Shown here piece after piece: positions 36,778 to 40,668 of a DNA stretch of 40,668 nucleotides. A program made the translations under genes and the position numbers. Numbering within the stretch: position 1 is the stretch's first letter; each line of letters starts with the position of its first letter. The stretch covers positions 43,948,718 through 43,989,385 of the forward strand of contig NC_068999.1 of the NCBI RefSeq assembly GCF_001194135.2, written 5' to 3'. The notes beneath the pieces were generated by a model. That model was not told where the DNA came from. It ran no database searches and saw nothing but the letters and a program-made list of their open reading frames with translations. The stretch comes from Octopus bimaculoides (lineage: Eukaryota).

Positions 36778-36975
36778 CTGCTGGCTGAATCGTTAGGAAG
36801 ACGGGTAAAATGTATAACGGCATTTTGTCTGCCTATGTTCTGAGTTCAAATTCCGCGCAACTCGATTTTATCTTTTCATATTTTAGGAATCGATAAAATA
36901 GATATCAGTTGAGTACTGGCGTCGATGTAATCGATACGCCCTTCCCCACTAATATGCTGGCCTTGTGCCAACATT
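36778..36975 (+). mobile_element. Full-length family 2 SINE
   Basis: A-box-like TGGCTGAATCG (36782-36792), B box GAGTTCAAATTCC (36842-36854), then GATAAAATAGATATCAGTTGAGTACTGGCGTCGATGTAATCGA and the tail GCTGGCCTTGTGCCAA. Confidence 0.8.
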
Positions 36976-38558
36976 ATTGTCACTTTCGCCTCCACAATTT
37001 GACCTCTTCTCCCCATTTTTGGGTTATAAACCACTTTGAACTCAGCATAAGCATCAAGGACTTTTAGGAAATAACAGTCTTAGGCATGCTTGGAGGCCAG
37101 GAGATGCTCGCGCGCGTGACTGAGTGTGTATATGTGTGTGTGTGTGTGTGTGCGTGTGTGTGTGTATTTGACGGTGCAGATACTAGTTAAGAGGTATACT
37201 TGCAGACAAAAAGCAGGACAAATATATTGACATCGGTATATAACATGTATAAATGTTTTATATATATAAAATATATGCATATATACATACATGAAAACAT
37301 ATGTACGTACACCCCCACATATATGTATATATGTATATNNNNNNNNNNNNNNNNNNNNNNNNNNNNNNNNNNNNNNNNNNNNATATATATATATATATAT
37401 ATATAAACGCAGTCACACAAGCACATATACGCACACAGGCATAAGCGGAAATACTAGCTCACATGGATATTAACTATGCATGTTTTATACGGACACACAC
37501 ACACACACACATACACTCCCCTACACACACATACTTATGCATTCTTGATAGTTATGTACAGGAATAACATAAACGTCACACAAATGTAGATGAAGAATAC
37601 TAAAAATATACAACAGCCAAAAAAGAAAACGATATCAGAGAAAACAAAACAAAAAAAAAATCCATAAATATAAGTTAAATTTAGCAATGATGTGTTGGCG
37701 GCGACGTAATTGGTAACGGTGGAGATGGTAGTGGTGCCCGACGGCAGTGGCGGCACCGGTGCTGCCGCTGTTGTTGTTGTTGTTGTTGGAATGTGGAATT
37801 TCGAAGTGAAGACAATGCTAATTATTATAATGGCACAAAGGGGGAAGCGCTGCTTTGTCAGTGTTTACCATGTTGAAGTCCATCTTAAGCCGAAACAGAT
37901 TATAGAGAAGGAAATGTACTTATATTGGCTGGGTCAATAACAAAATAGAACGCCTTCCTCTCTATTGTTGTGTGTCAGACAGATGAGTGCAACAAAGCGT
38001 TGAAGAATGGATACGGGACACACTGCACAAAATAACAACGTTATAAAAATACAATAATGTTAAGGACGATGACGATGATTACGACGATGATGGTGATGAT
38101 GATGATGATTATAATAACAGAGTTGGTTATAAAAGGTACTTGATGTCCAGTCGGTACATTCAAATTGTTACTGGTGTAGTTATTTGTGGTGTGATATTTT
38201 TGGTATTTATTTATTCATTTATTTTTCTTTTGGTTTTTGTTTTTGTTTGTGGTTTTAATGTTGACGGGGAGTTTTCATTATTATTGCAAGTTGAAGTCTA
38301 GTCAATGGCGCCAGTTCGATATTGTATCGATTGAGTAATTGCAGCATGGAATATATAAATATATATATGTGTGTCTGTGTGTGTATATATATGTATATAT
38401 TACACATATATGTATATAAATATATATGCATGCGTGTACATGCTTATTCATATATACATATATATATATATATACACGCACACATATATATGTGTGTGTG
38501 TGTATATATATTAAACATAATGTATATAAGTACATACACATGCGTGTACATACTTATT

Positions 38559-38594
<36 letters not shown>

Positions 38595-39177
38595 NNNNNN
38601 NNNNNNNNNNNNNNNNNNNNNNNNNNNNNNNNNNNNNNNNNNNNNNNNNNNNNNNNNNNNNNNNNNNNNNNNNNNNNNNNNNNNNNNNNNNNNNNNNNNN
38701 NNNNNNNNNNNNNNNNNNNNNNNNNNNNNNNNNNNNNNNNNNNNNNNNNNNNNNNNNNNNNNNNNNNNNNNNNNNNNNNNNNNNNNNNNNNNNNNNNNNN
38801 NNNNNNNNNNNNNNNNNNNNNNNNNNNNNNNNNNNNNNNNNNNNNNNNNNNNNNNNNNNNNNNNNNNNNNNNNNNNNNNNNNNNNNNNNNNNNNNNNNNN
38901 NNNNNNNNNNNNNNNNNNNNNNNNNNNNNNNNNNNNNNNNNNNNNNNNNNNNNNNNNNNNNNNNNNNNNNNNNNNNNNNNNNNNNNNNNNNNNNNNNNNN
39001 NNNNNNNNNNGATGGAAGAATTAGTCCCTCCATGAAAATAAGATGTCACGAAAATCAGAGAAACTAAAAGTACAGAAATGAACAATCGATAAGGAAGTCT
39101 TGGCGGAGGGAGGGAGGAAAACCTCATGTCCTACCGTGAAGGTCTCCAAAAGTTTGTTCCTAGTGAATACCAAAGAG

Positions 39178-39560
39178 CAATCGTGGGACTCCGTCGGTTA
39201 CAACGATGTGGGTTCCAGTTGATCCGATCAACGGAACAGCCTGCTTGTGAAATTAACGTGCAAGTGACTGAACACTCCACAGACATGTGTACTCTTAACG
39301 TAGTTCTCAGGGATATTCAGCGTGACACAATGTGACAAGGCTGACCCTTTAAAATACAGGTACGATAGAAGCAAATAAAACTAGAGACAGAAAGTTGTGG
39401 GGAAAAAATACAGCAGGGTTCGCCACTACTTCCTTCAGGAGTCTCGTGGAACTTTAGGTGTTTTCAGTCAATAAATATTCACAATATCCGGTCTGGGAAT
39501 CGAAACTGCGATCCTACGACCGCAAGTCCACTGCCTTAACCACTGGGCCATTGCGCCTCC
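39178..39560 (-). mobile_element. Near full-length tRNA-derived SINE (local family 4)
   Basis: Minus-strand head GGAGGCGCAA, A box TGGCCCAGTGG (39550-39540), B-box-like GTTTCGATTCCC (39506-39495), followed by about 300 nt of GC-richer body. Octopus tRNA-derived SINEs (OK, OR1, OR2) are known, but I cannot assign this copy to one of them. Confidence 0.75.
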
Positions 39561-39610
39561 ACTCCAAAGAACAGTAAACGAAGGAAAAGACTTAACGAGT
39601 AGAATGGGGT

Positions 39611-39718
39611 AACGTGAAATAAATCGCCTTGCACAAGGACAGAACGCGCCAGTTGATATCGAACACGCGACCTTTCGACTGTGGGCCGAGTACCCTAACC
39701 ACTAAGCCACGCACCTTC
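39611..39718 (-). mobile_element. Family 3 SINE head fragment
   Basis: Minus strand: GAAGGTGCGTGGCTTAGTGGTTAGGG...GTGTTCGATATC...GTCCTTGTGCAAGGCGATTTATTTCACGTT, parallel to 31430-31320. Confidence 0.7.
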
Positions 39719-40054
39719 ATGCAATACTTCAAGTACATTAATAAAAATGACCATACAATCACATGTCCTTTGGATTATCCTTCCTAAATGACCGGAAAAT
39801 CAACGATTTAAAGAAGTTAGGCATATTTTATCACCATTTTGCATTTCCAGCATTTAGCAATTAAGAGTGATATGTTTAAACAGACATTCTGAGGGATCGT
39901 CGTAGATTAAGGGTCACATGATGATCACACCCGACGCACAAATTTAAGGTGTGGTTCTTTATCTCGTTATTTTATGTTTGTTTTTTTTTTGTTTGTCCGT
40001 ATCTTTTTTTTTGTTTTTGATTGACATATATTTTTATTGAAGAGAAACCAAAAA

Positions 40055-40101
<47 letters not shown>

Positions 40102-40457
40102 CGATGATGATGAAGATGATGATGCTGGTGATGTTGACAGTGTCAGCTGTTCTCACGACCGTAACGAACATCTTGATGGGATCTGAACTGTGCGAAAGGC
40201 CATGATGATAATGAGGAACTCCCATATTTATCTATACATATATGCACAGCTTCACACAGACAGACACACAAGCATGCAGACAAACAGAAACACACACGCA
40301 CGCACACGCATGTGTACATACATGTAATTACGAAAATGATTACATAAATATACACATATATAAGAGGTTTCTACTCAATTCACGCAAGCGTAAAAAGTAT
40401 GCAAATATATAAATAAATATATATTTATGTATGTATGTATCTATGCATGTATATATG

Positions 40458-40505
<48 letters not shown>

Positions 40506-40577
40506 CACATTCATATTTACATATACATATATACATATATGTATATGTGTGCATGTGTGTATGTGTGTGTGTGTGTA

Positions 40578-40635
40578 TTACTGGGAATGACGTAATCGAT
40601 TATCTCCTCTCGAAATTGTTGATCTTGTGCCAGTA
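40578..40635 (+). mobile_element. Family 2 SINE 3' remnant
   Basis: TACTGGGAATGACGTAATCGATT...GATCTTGTGCCA parallels 36913-36970. Confidence 0.5.

Positions 40636-40668
<33 letters not shown>

Overview
AT-rich eukaryotic non-coding DNA from a short-read scaffold, with 21 N-gaps (about 7 kb), most flanked by (TA)n, (GT)n or (GA)n microsatellites. The very high microsatellite density and the recurring tRNA-derived SINE families point to an octopus or related coleoid cephalopod; this is inferred from recognising the repeats, not from a database search. I recognise no host protein-coding gene, and almost all ORFs in the track are microsatellite or gap artefacts. Two real protein relics are present: the CCHC knuckle and restriction-like endonuclease end of an R4/Dong-clade non-LTR retrotransposon (11764-12169, minus) sitting against a (TAA)n-type tract, and the stop-free C-terminus plus 3' TIR of a mariner transposon (13021-13323, plus), which the ORF track missed. 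About 20 SINE copies or fragments from roughly five families are present, along with a hAT-like MITE and several minisatellites. The most interesting signal is three type I hammerhead ribozyme motifs, all on the minus strand and each in a different repeat context (4053-4099, 7492-7526, 14971-15076). One lies downstream of an intact Pol III tRNA-like head, suggesting a SINE that carries a Penelope-type self-cleaving ribozyme. SINE family labels 1-5 are my own local names.
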